Source: a virus
Taxonomy: Duplodnaviria > Heunggongvirae > Uroviricota > Caudoviricetes
IMG/VR virus record: IMGVR_UViG_2938655777_000006
Location: 80,983-144,982 of that record
Reading direction: 5' to 3' (one strand)
Length of the DNA: 64,000 bases
Each line of letters opens with the position of its first letter. Position 1 is the first letter of the stretch. The notes beneath the pieces were generated by a model. It did no database searches and was not told the origin of the DNA. It saw nothing but the letters and a program-made list of their open reading frames with translations. This document shows, piece after piece, positions 38,097-47,694 of this stretch. The position numbers and the translations under genes are program-made.

Positions 38097-38618
38097 ATGT
38101 TTAGAATTATTCTTTATATTGCAGCAATCGTTATCGCAAATGTAGTTACAGCAAGTTTCCAGCCAATTACAGTCTGGAGATTTATTGTTCCGATGGGGAC
38201 TGTATTTATTGGCGCTACTTTTATTCTTAGAGATTTGGTGCAGCAAAAGTATGGGCGCAAAAATACGTATGTCATTATTTTCGTTGCACTGCTTTTTTCT
38301 GCGCTAGCCTCTTGGTCGTTGGGAGATACATTATGGATTGTAGCCGCAAGTGCGATTACTTTTATATTCTCAGAAACGTTTGATACAGAAGTGTTTACTC
38401 GGCTTAAGTGCTCTTTTGAGAAGAGAGTATTAATCAGTGGAACCATAGGTGGAGTTGTTGATTCTGGCTTGTTTGTAATTATTGGATTGTCGCCGTTGGG
38501 AGCTGGGTTTATTCCATGGGCAGCAGTAGGGTATGCAATCTTTGGTCAGGTAGTTGTCAAAACAGTCATGCAGTTTGTAGGCTATCTAACAGCCAGAAAG
38601 TTTATCAAGTTCAAATAA
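38097..38618 (+). CDS. yhhQ: YhhQ/VUT-family queuosine-precursor (preQ0/preQ1) transporter
   Basis: 6-TM protein; collinear with E. coli YhhQ motifs: ILRDLVQQKYG (cf. ATDLTVRIFG), TFDTEVFTRLK (cf. ILDVHVFNRLR), GGVVDSGLFV (cf. GNVSDTLAFF); RBS ttAGGAGGaaatagATG. Confidence 0.55.
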   Translation: MFRIILYIAAIVIANVVTASFQPITVWRFIVPMGTVFIGATFILRDLVQQKYGRKNTYVIIFVALLFSALASWSLGDTLWIVAASAITFIFSETFDTEVFTRLKCSFEKRVLISGTIGGVVDSGLFVIIGLSPLGAGFIPWAAVGYAIFGQVVVKTVMQFVGYLTARKFIKFK

Positions 38619-38650
38619 ATTGTACCTTTTAAACAAAACGAGGATGGGAG

Positions 38651-39028
38651 ATGTTCACTATAAATTTTGGTCAACAAGTATGGGGATCGATTGACATCAA
38701 TACACCGATTCCCTTCTCAAGCAACAACTACGAGTTTACATTTGCAATCGATGAAAAGACTTACACAATAACAATTCCAGTCGGCACATACAAAACAGTC
38801 AGAGAACAACACAGTTCAGAGCTTGTTTCTATTTTGAACACTCTAGCTAATGATGTAAATGCCCCTGTAGAGTTTAAATTGGGGGGAATGCATTACGATC
38901 AAAAATATAATGTCGTTGTAATTGAACACAATGATAAGTCTACGGGTCATGTAATTGATGGTTTTGGCGGTACAGCTAAAGACTTAATCTTTGGTGAAAC
39001 TAAATTCAATCTATCACCGAGAGATTGA
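38651..39028 (+). CDS. hypothetical protein (125 aa)
   Basis: RBS acgAGGAtGGGAGATG. Confidence 0.4.
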   Translation: MFTINFGQQVWGSIDINTPIPFSSNNYEFTFAIDEKTYTITIPVGTYKTVREQHSSELVSILNTLANDVNAPVEFKLGGMHYDQKYNVVVIEHNDKSTGHVIDGFGGTAKDLIFGETKFNLSPRD

Positions 39029-39038
39029 AAATAAACAG

Positions 39039-39067
39039 TTGACTTAAATTATATAAACAAATATAAT
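39039..39067 (+). promoter_or_regulatory. consensus sigma-A-type promoter (early-type), near-duplicate of 22649 promoter
   Basis: TTGACT (39039-44) - 17 nt - TATAAT (39062-67); ~125-nt leader to gene at 39193. Confidence 0.55.
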
Positions 39068-39192
39068 GATATTATAAATAAAAAAAAGGTGGTTATCGCA
39101 TAGATTACATTTACTACTGGTATGCAACAGAAAACTACTCTTTATTATTCATACTAAGATGATAATTTCGCACTGAAAGCGAGGACTCAATT

Positions 39193-39396
39193 ATGAGCCA
39201 AGAGACAAATAAGTTACTTGTAAATGTTGCACTGTTAAAAGAGTCATTGGAAAGATTGAATAGAAATCTGGATTTACAAACAGAAGCCAGAATTAGACTG
39301 GAGAAGGCTCAAAGAGACAAACTAGACTTTATTAATGAAAGATTGGGACATATCAACATACAGAAGTGGAAGAAAGCAAATGACCGTAAGTTTTGA
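39193..39396 (+). CDS. hypothetical protein (67 aa)
   Basis: RBS aagcGAGGactcaattATG. Confidence 0.4.
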   Translation: MSQETNKLLVNVALLKESLERLNRNLDLQTEARIRLEKAQRDKLDFINERLGHINIQKWKKANDRKF

Positions 39397-39601
39397 ATTA
39401 GCCGAACATCTGATTAACTGTTTTTTGGATGACGTTGGCACAGAAAGTGAAAGAAAGCTACACGAAGACAATTACATAAAGAAAAAACTTAAAAAACACT
39501 TAGGCGATAAAAATTTTGATAAGTACGATGCATTAAAAGAACAAGTATGGAAAGATGCATGGAGAGAATTTGATAAAGTAGCAATAAACAAAAATACATA
39601 A
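39380..39601 (+). CDS. hypothetical protein (73 aa)
   Basis: ATG 39380; track ORF 39335 starts earlier in same frame. Confidence 0.35.
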   Translation: MTVSFELAEHLINCFLDDVGTESERKLHEDNYIKKKLKKHLGDKNFDKYDALKEQVWKDAWREFDKVAINKNT

Positions 39602-39618
39602 TGATTGGATAATTAAAT

Positions 39619-39879
39619 ATGAATGATGAGCTGAAACGGTTTATTGTTGAGGGCATGTTGCCACGAGAAGTTGAAGCGTTGACTATTGCTGCTGATTCAT
39701 TGTATTTAAAGAGAGATAAGGATAGGGAGTATTTAGATGACTGGTGGCTAGTGGTTAGAGCCTTGCTAGGAGAAAGAGTAGAAGAATTTAGAAACTGTCG
39801 GATTGTAAATGAATTGTATAATTATTTAAATCATAGACAGGAAAATGAGGAGGCAAGGAAGCATGAATTATGGTATTAG
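39619..39879 (+). CDS. hypothetical protein (86 aa)
   Basis: ORF in track. Confidence 0.4.
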   Translation: MNDELKRFIVEGMLPREVEALTIAADSLYLKRDKDREYLDDWWLVVRALLGERVEEFRNCRIVNELYNYLNHRQENEEARKHELWY

Positions 39880-40324
39880 AGATATCATTGATCTGCATGT
39901 GTTTGATGAGACAGGAAAATTTGTTTCAACTATCACTACCCTGAAAAAAGGGAGCATAAGTGTAGCAAATAGAACGATCAGGGTAAAAGACGCTCTTTTG
40001 AATGGTGACATGCTTAAGTTTCTGAATAAATCAGTAACCGATGTGTCGGATTATGATAAGTTCTTTAGCACAACGCAAAATTACGAAACAATTGTATTTA
40101 ATCGTAAAGTTGTCAATTGTAAACTGATTGCTGAAGGGTTCTATAGAAAACAAGAAAACCAAGAAGATGTATTAGTACAATATGAAATACCACAATGCAG
40201 TATTGTAAGTAATTATGATTTCAATCACTCTACTGTTGGCAACGCAGATGAGTTTGATTATGTATTTGAAATAAAAGAGTTTAATGAAGAAGGCGATTTA
40301 TTCAAGCTTCATATTGAAAAGTAA
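39863..40324 (+). CDS. hypothetical protein (153 aa)
   Basis: ATG 39863 after GAGGAGGcaaGGAAGc. Confidence 0.4.
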   Translation: MNYGIRDIIDLHVFDETGKFVSTITTLKKGSISVANRTIRVKDALLNGDMLKFLNKSVTDVSDYDKFFSTTQNYETIVFNRKVVNCKLIAEGFYRKQENQEDVLVQYEIPQCSIVSNYDFNHSTVGNADEFDYVFEIKEFNEEGDLFKLHIEK

Positions 40325-40366
40325 TACATAGCATTTCAGATAAAACAGTTCTTTTACGCAGACCAA

Positions 40367-42562
40367 ATGGAGATGATACGTACGCAAGTTACTAAAAGAG
40401 ATGGTTCAGTTGTTGCGTTTAATCAACAAAAGATTGTTGATGCTATTTTCAAAGCAATGAGTAGAACAAAAAAAGGTATTGATAAGCAATTAGCAGCCAA
40501 TGTCACCAATGAAGTTGTAGCAATACTTAACAATGTAGCTAACATAGACATTGAAGCTATCCAAGATGCAGTAGTAGATGTTCTTATGCAAAGCGAGAGA
40601 AAAGATGTAGCCAAAGAGTACATAGGATATCGAGAAGTACGGAATCTGAAACGAAGAGAAAGAAGCAGCCTAGATAAAAAAGTATCTGGATTACTGGACA
40701 TGTCCAATGAGGAAGTATTAAAAGAAAACTCAAACAAAGATGGGCAGACGATTCCCACACAACGAGATCTTCTAGCAGGTATTATGGCAAAGGACTATGC
40801 TCAAGCTTATATGATGCCAAAACGAGTTGTTGAAGCTCACAATAGAGGAGATTTACATTTTCACGATCAAGATTATTCACCCTATTTTTCAATGACAAAC
40901 TGTATGTTGATTGATTTAAAGGGAATGTTGGAGAATGGATTTAAGCTTGGTAATGCTCAAATAGAAACTCCAAAATCTATTACAACAGCAGCGGCAGTTA
41001 CTGCACAAATTATTGCACAAGTAGCTAGTCATATCTACGGCGGTAACACAATTAATGAAATTGATAAGATCTTGGCTCCATATGTGAGAGCCTCATTTAT
41101 TAAACATTTTAGAGTGGGAATGAAATGGTTTGAGAGTAATCCAAACGATCATATACTTGAAAGCCAAGTGTATCCAGAAAGTTTAATCTTCAAGACCAGA
41201 TTTATAAAAGAATATAATTACGCGATTCAAATGACAGAAAAAGAGACATTGGATGCATTCCAATCACTTGAATATGAGATCAATACTTTGGTTTCCGCAA
41301 ATGGACAAACGCCTTTTTCAACCTTTGGTTTTGGGAGAGGGACAAGATGGGAAGAAAGACAGATACAAATTGCAATACTTAAAAATAGAATTAGAGGATT
41401 GGGCAAAGAAGGCAGTACTCCTATATTTCCAAAATTGATTTTTGCTCTAGAAGAAGGAGTTAATCTGAATCCCCAAGATATCAATTATGACATTAAGCAA
41501 CTAGCAATCAAATGTAGTACGTTGAGAATGTATCCTGATATCCTTTCAGTCCCAAAAGTTAAAGAAGTAACAGGTTCATTTAAGTTCCCGATGTCATGCC
41601 GCAGCTTTTTAAGTAAATACATAGAAAATAATGAAGAACTACATGATGGACGATTTAATATGGGGGTAGTGACTCTTAACTTGCCACGGATTGCAATTCG
41701 CGCAAAGAATAGTGAAGCAGAATTTTATAATCTATTGGATGATGAATTAGAAATTTGTAAAGAAGCGTTAATGTTTAGAATAAATCGCCTGAAGGGAGTC
41801 AAAGCAAAAGTTGCACCGATCCTCTATATGGAGGGAGCGGTAGGAGTCAGATTAAAGCCCGAAGATACAATTGACCAACTATTGGAAAATGACAGAGCAA
41901 GTATTTCACTTGGATACATAGGTCTACATGAAACCATATTGGCGTTATTTGAGAAACACATTTTTGATGACTCTTTTATGCATCAAAAAGGATTGAATAT
42001 TGTAAAATATCTTAGCGACAAAGCAAACAAATGGAAAAATGAAACTGGCTATGGGTTTAGTTTATATTCTACGCCAGCAGAATCGCTATGTTATCGTTTT
42101 TGTGAACTAGATAAGAACAAGTATGGTCTAATTAAAGGTGTTACTGACAAAGGATACTATACCAATTCGTTTCATTTAGATGTCAACAAAAAGGTAACGC
42201 CATTCGAAAAGATTGAGTTTGAAAAAGAATACCCTCAATATGCAAGTGGTGGTTTTATATCTTATTGTGAATTTGATTCATTAGTAAAAAATCCAGAAGC
42301 ATTAGAAGCTGTATGGGATTTTGCTTATGAGAGAGTACCGTACTTTGGAACAAATACTCCAGTAGACAAGTGTTATGAATGTGGGTATGAAGGAGAGTTT
42401 AAGGCAACAAATCAAGGCTTCAAGTGTCCAAATTGCAATAATAATGATCCCAAAACAAGTTCAGTCATAAGACGCTGCTGTGGTTATCTTTCAGAGCCTT
42501 CACAAAGACCTTTTAATAAAGGAAAGCAAAAAGAGGTTGTGTCGAGAGTGAAACATAACTAA
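40367..42562 (+). CDS. nrdD: anaerobic ribonucleoside-triphosphate reductase (class III RNR) NrdD
   Basis: N-terminal ATP-cone (IRTQVTKRDGSVVAFNQQKIVDAI), C-terminal Zn ribbon CYECGY...CPNCNN and glycyl-radical motif RRCCGYL. Confidence 0.7.
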   Translation: MEMIRTQVTKRDGSVVAFNQQKIVDAIFKAMSRTKKGIDKQLAANVTNEVVAILNNVANIDIEAIQDAVVDVLMQSERKDVAKEYIGYREVRNLKRRERSSLDKKVSGLLDMSNEEVLKENSNKDGQTIPTQRDLLAGIMAKDYAQAYMMPKRVVEAHNRGDLHFHDQDYSPYFSMTNCMLIDLKGMLENGFKLGNAQIETPKSITTAAAVTAQIIAQVASHIYGGNTINEIDKILAPYVRASFIKHFRVGMKWFESNPNDHILESQVYPESLIFKTRFIKEYNYAIQMTEKETLDAFQSLEYEINTLVSANGQTPFSTFGFGRGTRWEERQIQIAILKNRIRGLGKEGSTPIFPKLIFALEEGVNLNPQDINYDIKQLAIKCSTLRMYPDILSVPKVKEVTGSFKFPMSCRSFLSKYIENNEELHDGRFNMGVVTLNLPRIAIRAKNSEAEFYNLLDDELEICKEALMFRINRLKGVKAKVAPILYMEGAVGVRLKPEDTIDQLLENDRASISLGYIGLHETILALFEKHIFDDSFMHQKGLNIVKYLSDKANKWKNETGYGFSLYSTPAESLCYRFCELDKNKYGLIKGVTDKGYYTNSFHLDVNKKVTPFEKIEFEKEYPQYASGGFISYCEFDSLVKNPEALEAVWDFAYERVPYFGTNTPVDKCYECGYEGEFKATNQGFKCPNCNNNDPKTSSVIRRCCGYLSEPSQRPFNKGKQKEVVSRVKHN

Positions 42563-43065
42563 TGTACATAGCTGACTATAAAACATTTGATGTAATAAAC
42601 GGCATTGGTTTGAGACAGTCATTGTTTGTATCTGGATGCACTCACCATTGTAAAGGGTGCTTCAATGCTTCAGCATGGAATTCACACTATGGAATTAAAT
42701 ATACGGATGAATTAGAGAATAAGATTATCAGTGATTTGAAGATTGATTATGTACAAATAGCTGGATTATCAGTGTTAGGTGGTGAACCATTTCAAAGTAT
42801 TAATGGACTGCTACCACTTTTGAAACGAGTAAAGAATGAGTGTAAAGATAAGACAATTTGGATATGGTCGGGTTATACGTTTGAAGAAATTCTAAAAGAT
42901 AGTTCAAAGAAAGATATGTTATCTCTTTGCGATGTTTTAATTGATGGCAAATTTGAATTAAATAAAAAAGACTTAACTCTAAAATGGCGTGGTTCCAGTA
43001 ACCAAAGAGTTATCGATGTACAAAAGAGCCTAGAGCTACAGATGGCTATGCTGTTTGAGGATTGA
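42562..43065 (+). CDS. nrdG: anaerobic RNR activating enzyme NrdG (radical SAM)
   Basis: CxxxCxxC cluster SGCTHHCKGCFN; start overlaps nrdD stop (taATG). Confidence 0.65.
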   Translation: MYIADYKTFDVINGIGLRQSLFVSGCTHHCKGCFNASAWNSHYGIKYTDELENKIISDLKIDYVQIAGLSVLGGEPFQSINGLLPLLKRVKNECKDKTIWIWSGYTFEEILKDSSKKDMLSLCDVLIDGKFELNKKDLTLKWRGSSNQRVIDVQKSLELQMAMLFED

Positions 43066-43107
43066 TAATAATGGGCGGGCGGTAGGGCATAAGGAGGAGA
43101 TGTTCAT

Positions 43108-45435
43108 TTGACAAAAGTACTAAAAGACAGAAAAAGTTATACCCAACGATCAGATTTTGACCATGAAAGATTTGAACGTTTCTTCCACGAAATTGTTATG
43201 GATAGCGGCAAATCATTTGAAGAGAATGACTTGCAAGAGATGAAAGATAAAATCATCTCAGAAGTAGTGTCTAAGCAAGAAGTAAAAGCAGATTACTTGT
43301 TTGATTTGATTATTCGCGAATCAAACGATAGAATCAATCAATTCACACCACAATTTACCTACTTATCAGCTTCAACATTCAGACGTAAAAAATACAAAGA
43401 AGCTTCAAGAGAACGAGGATTCGACTACAAGGTTGGATATGGTGATTACTACACCCTTGTTAAAATGTTAACTGAAAAAGGAATATACTCAGAAGATATA
43501 TTGAACAGCTACAACAAAGATGAGATAGAATACGCTGGTGGATTTATTGACAGAGAAAGAGATCGAAAATTTAGCTACGCAGGTTTGTTCCTGTTTAACA
43601 AAAACTATTTGGCAAAAGGATACAATGAAGAAACCCTTGAGTTATTTCAAGAAAGATATCTAACATGTGCTCTTTATCTATTAAAAGACGAAGACAAAGA
43701 GAAGAGAATGGGTCTTGTTAAAGAAGCATATGATGTTTTAAGTCTTCATTTGGTGGGGCTTGCTACTCCAACGCTTGCTAATGCTGGTAGAGTAACTGGA
43801 ACTCTAAGTTCATGTCATATTATTACGATTGACGACAGTCTGCAAAGTATTATGGATGCAGTGAAAGACGCTTCAACATTTAGTCAGAATGGTGCTGGAT
43901 TGGGGATTTATCTTGGTCGTCTCAGATCTCATGGAAGTTGGATTCGTGGCTATAAAGGTCGATCTACTGGTGTAGTTGGCCCAGCTAAATTATTTAATGA
44001 AATTGCTACATACGTAAACCAACTCAATATGAGACCGGGTGGAGTAGCACTTTACCTACCATTATGGCACGCTGACATTTTTGACTTTCTAGATTTGAGA
44101 ATGAAAACTGGTTCACAGGAACGCAGAGCGCATTCCATTTTTACAGCAGTAAATGTACCCGATGAATTTATGCGTAGACTAAACGCACGAGACAATTGGA
44201 CTATATTTGATCCTTACGAAGTAAATAATAAACTCGGGATCGATATAAATAAATTGTATGACAAGAGAAAACTTCGTGACGGAGAAACACCAAACGAGAT
44301 AGATCATTCATTTACATACTACTATCGTGAGATTGAAAAAAATGACACCTTGGAATTGAAAAAAGTTGTTAAAGCAACTGATATCTATAAATCAATTTTT
44401 GAAGCTCAAAAAACTGGTGGTACACCTTACATGTATTATGTGGATACGGCTGCTCGTATGAATCCAAACAATCATGTAGGTATTCCGATTTCTTCTAATC
44501 TTTGCTCAGAGATTGTTTTAAACTGCGATTATGATGAATTTGTGAGCAAGGAGTTAAGTGAAGACGGTGTAGTAACTGAAAAGAAGAAAGGTTCTGGACT
44601 GGTAACTTGTAATCTAAGTTCCATTTCATTACCTGCCGTATTCGGTAATGATAATGTAGACCTTCAAAAAGTAATTGATATTCAATTTCGTCTATTAGAC
44701 AACGTAATTTCGTTGAATCGCACAGTTGTTGAACAAGCAACCCATACGAACAATATTTATCGTAGTGTGGGTGCTGGAGCTATGGGGCTAGCAAATCTCT
44801 TAGCAGAGAAAGGAATTCGATGGGAATCCGAAGCTGCTTCAGAATACGTAAAAGAAATTTTTGAAAAGTTAAACTATGCTCATATTCTTGCTAGTCATAA
44901 ACTAGCAGTGGAAAAAGGGTCATATAAGATGTATGAGGGTTCTGACTGGAATACAGGCGAATACTTTGAAAAGAGAAACTACAATTCCCCTGAATGGCTA
45001 GAACTAAAACAAATGGTTATGCAACAAGGAATTAGAAACGGTAATTTGAGTTGCGTTGCTCCTACTGGATCTAATAGTCTAATCAACAATGTCTTTGCTT
45101 CTCTAGATGCACCATATGAAGTAATCTTCCAAGAAGAAAAACAGGGAATGAATGTAACAGTTATTCCTGCAAACTATAGCGCTAAAACTAAATGGTACTA
45201 TAAATCAGGATTTGAGATGGATGAATTGTGGTCGCTGAAGATTGTTGCTGCGGCTCAAAAGGGAATAGATCAATCCATTTCTCATAATGTTATGGTGCAT
45301 GAATCAGTTAAAGCTAGTGAGATGTTGAAAATCCACACATTCGCTTGGGATTCTGGATGCAAATCTTTGTATTATACATATGTAGATAAAAATTCGGTAA
45401 ATAGAAAAGAAAACTGTGAGTCTTGTGCTGGATAA
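43108..45435 (+). CDS. nrdE: class Ib ribonucleotide reductase alpha subunit NrdE
   Basis: Active-site ISSNLCSEIVL, catalytic-loop regions; TTG start 7 nt after AAGGAGGAGA; C-terminal CESC pair. Confidence 0.7.
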   Translation: MTKVLKDRKSYTQRSDFDHERFERFFHEIVMDSGKSFEENDLQEMKDKIISEVVSKQEVKADYLFDLIIRESNDRINQFTPQFTYLSASTFRRKKYKEASRERGFDYKVGYGDYYTLVKMLTEKGIYSEDILNSYNKDEIEYAGGFIDRERDRKFSYAGLFLFNKNYLAKGYNEETLELFQERYLTCALYLLKDEDKEKRMGLVKEAYDVLSLHLVGLATPTLANAGRVTGTLSSCHIITIDDSLQSIMDAVKDASTFSQNGAGLGIYLGRLRSHGSWIRGYKGRSTGVVGPAKLFNEIATYVNQLNMRPGGVALYLPLWHADIFDFLDLRMKTGSQERRAHSIFTAVNVPDEFMRRLNARDNWTIFDPYEVNNKLGIDINKLYDKRKLRDGETPNEIDHSFTYYYREIEKNDTLELKKVVKATDIYKSIFEAQKTGGTPYMYYVDTAARMNPNNHVGIPISSNLCSEIVLNCDYDEFVSKELSEDGVVTEKKKGSGLVTCNLSSISLPAVFGNDNVDLQKVIDIQFRLLDNVISLNRTVVEQATHTNNIYRSVGAGAMGLANLLAEKGIRWESEAASEYVKEIFEKLNYAHILASHKLAVEKGSYKMYEGSDWNTGEYFEKRNYNSPEWLELKQMVMQQGIRNGNLSCVAPTGSNSLINNVFASLDAPYEVIFQEEKQGMNVTVIPANYSAKTKWYYKSGFEMDELWSLKIVAAAQKGIDQSISHNVMVHESVKASEMLKIHTFAWDSGCKSLYYTYVDKNSVNRKENCESCAG

Positions 45436-45499
45436 ATGATGAAATAGAAGAGAGGACTGTCTCTCTCTTCTTAATAATTTGTAGATAGGATGATGAGTA

Positions 45500-46525
45500 T
45501 TGGCTTTTAGAGTATTTAACGGAGAAGTGAATAATAAAGCAACCAAGATTTTTGGTGGTGAGGCAAGCGGTATATGTGATTGGGATGATATCAAATATCC
45601 TCATATGCTGACTCTGTATAAAGAATTATTTGGTAATTATTGGATTGAAGATGAGATTAGGCTTACTTCCGACCTTAAGCAATACCGTGACGGCCTAACA
45701 GAAAAAGAAAGATATACTTATAACGTTGTAACGGGAATGTTGACATCATTGGATTCTGTAGCTAATCGCTTTAATTTTACAATTGGGCATACCTGTACAG
45801 ATCCAAGTGTTGCAGCAGTCATCCAAATCATTGGTGCTTTTGAGGGATTACATGCTAGATCATATCAGTACTTAACTTCAACCATGCTTAACTCTGAACA
45901 AAAGAAACAGGCATTTAATGCGCCAAAAGAAATTCCGCTATTGCGAAAAAGAAACGATATCATTTTTAAAAAGATTCAAAACTTTATTGACGATCCAACC
46001 AACTTGGAAAAACTATATCATGCACTGCTTGCAAACTTAGTGCTCGAAGGTGTATTTTTCACCGGGGCATTTGTTTACTTTAATTCTCTTGCACGTTCAA
46101 ACAGAATGATTGGCTCCAATAACATGGTCAATCTCATTAAAACTGATGAGAATTTTCATTCGGTCTTTTATGGAGATGTAATGAAGATTCTGATGTTGGA
46201 AAACCCCGAATTAAATACTGAATTGAATCACAAAGAAGCTGTATCTTTTATCAAATCATGTGTAGAAAAAGAAAAAGAGTGGGCAGAATATATTTTTGAA
46301 GGAATAGATACGTTGTCTGTTCCAGAATATAAAGATTACGTTGAATATCTTGCAAATGTTATTTGTAGAAATGCTGGTATTCAAGAAGTTTATCCAGACA
46401 ATAAAGAACTGAAATCAAAATGGATTATTACCTATGGCTCAAAAGGTGGTAATACAAAAAGTGATTTCTTCCAAACGAATGTAATTTCATATGGACATGA
46501 AAGCGGCGATGGATTTGACCTATAA
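45500..46525 (+). CDS. nrdF: class Ib ribonucleotide reductase beta subunit NrdF
   Basis: Di-metal ligand motifs (EGLHARSY, ENFHSVF), ferritin-like fold; TTG start. Confidence 0.7.
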   Translation: MAFRVFNGEVNNKATKIFGGEASGICDWDDIKYPHMLTLYKELFGNYWIEDEIRLTSDLKQYRDGLTEKERYTYNVVTGMLTSLDSVANRFNFTIGHTCTDPSVAAVIQIIGAFEGLHARSYQYLTSTMLNSEQKKQAFNAPKEIPLLRKRNDIIFKKIQNFIDDPTNLEKLYHALLANLVLEGVFFTGAFVYFNSLARSNRMIGSNNMVNLIKTDENFHSVFYGDVMKILMLENPELNTELNHKEAVSFIKSCVEKEKEWAEYIFEGIDTLSVPEYKDYVEYLANVICRNAGIQEVYPDNKELKSKWIITYGSKGGNTKSDFFQTNVISYGHESGDGFDL

Positions 46526-46925
46526 CAATAAGGCTATCTATTATTATTCAATGTCTGGTAACACAAAAGCATTGGTAGCACTAGCTAATACACATGGTTA
46601 TGATATATATAATATGGCAACAATCCATCCAGATAATTTAGATTTTAAGAATTACGATATTTTGCTGATCGGTACGTCTACAGTTGGTCGAGGAGTTCCG
46701 CATAGATATTTCAAGGATATTTACCCTCTGATAAATGGTTTAACTGGCAGAAAAGTGGGATTGTTCGGCAGTGGGAATTCTATTTATGACGTTTACTGTG
46801 GAGCATTAGATTTATTAGAATCAGTTCTTCAAGATAATAACACCATCATATTCAAACTCAAATTTGAAAGTTACCCCACCAAAAAAGTGATTAAAGAGTT
46901 TAATGACTTGATTGGAGGAATTTGA
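46491..46925 (+). CDS. nrdI: NrdI-like flavodoxin
   Basis: FMN-loop IYYYSMSGNTK; real start probably ATG 46509; overlaps nrdF end. Confidence 0.5.
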   Translation: MDMKAAMDLTYNNKAIYYYSMSGNTKALVALANTHGYDIYNMATIHPDNLDFKNYDILLIGTSTVGRGVPHRYFKDIYPLINGLTGRKVGLFGSGNSIYDVYCGALDLLESVLQDNNTIIFKLKFESYPTKKVIKEFNDLIGGI

Positions 46926-46929
46926 ATTA

Positions 46930-47670
46930 TTGAAAGAAGCTCATGGAGGTATTTATTACTTAAGATTTAACGACAGGTATTATGTTGGCAAGGATTCTAA
47001 AGTAACAATTGATAAAAGAAAAAGAGAACATTTAAATCTATTGAGGCAAAATAGGCATTATAACTATAAGCTCCAAGAAGCATTTAATAATCTAGGAGAA
47101 GAGAATCTTGACTATGGAATAATTACATCTTCCCCAGATTATTCTCTTGATGAATTGGAACGTTTAGAGATTAAATACATAGAAGAGTACGATGCATATA
47201 CAAAGGGTTACAACCTAACACGTGGTGGATACGGAATGAATGGATACATTCTCACCCCAACTCAATGCCAACAGAGATCAGACAGTACTTATGGCGAAAA
47301 AAATGGAATGTCTAAGCTTACTAACGCGCAATTTTATGAAATAGTTGAGATGTTTAAAGAGGGCAAAGAGAATAAAGATATAGCTATTAAGTATGGTTTA
47401 CACGACCGTTATGTTTCATTATTAAGACACAAGAAAAGATTTAATAGACTCTGGCAAACTATTAAGGACTATACACCAGAAATTTCACATGGTAACGATA
47501 GAGCGAAATCAGTATCTCCAGAAGAGTTTGTAGAAATTGTAGTTAAAATTAAAAATGGAGCGACAAACGCTTCAGTAGAAAGAGAATATGGCTTATCATC
47601 TGGAACTGGGAGTCGAATTAGAAATAAGAAGCTTTACAGAGATTACTGGAGAAAATACTTTAATGAGTAA
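46930..47670 (+). CDS. GIY-YIG homing endonuclease (free-standing)
   Basis: GIYYLRFNDRYYVGKD...YNLTRGG GIY-YIG core; C-terminal basic DNA-binding repeats; TTG 46930 after GGAGG. Confidence 0.55.
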   Translation: MKEAHGGIYYLRFNDRYYVGKDSKVTIDKRKREHLNLLRQNRHYNYKLQEAFNNLGEENLDYGIITSSPDYSLDELERLEIKYIEEYDAYTKGYNLTRGGYGMNGYILTPTQCQQRSDSTYGEKNGMSKLTNAQFYEIVEMFKEGKENKDIAIKYGLHDRYVSLLRHKKRFNRLWQTIKDYTPEISHGNDRAKSVSPEEFVEIVVKIKNGATNASVEREYGLSSGTGSRIRNKKLYRDYWRKYFNE

Positions 47671-47694
47671 AAATATAAGGGAGCCAAAATACAT

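Noticed and set aside
38114-38446. 110-aa minus-strand ORF
   Set aside because: Antisense within YhhQ-like transporter gene.
43108-46525. Looked for inteins or group I introns in nrdE/nrdF (as in SPbeta)
   Set aside because: NrdE (775 aa) and NrdF (341 aa) are continuous and near canonical length with intact active-site motifs; no insertions evident.
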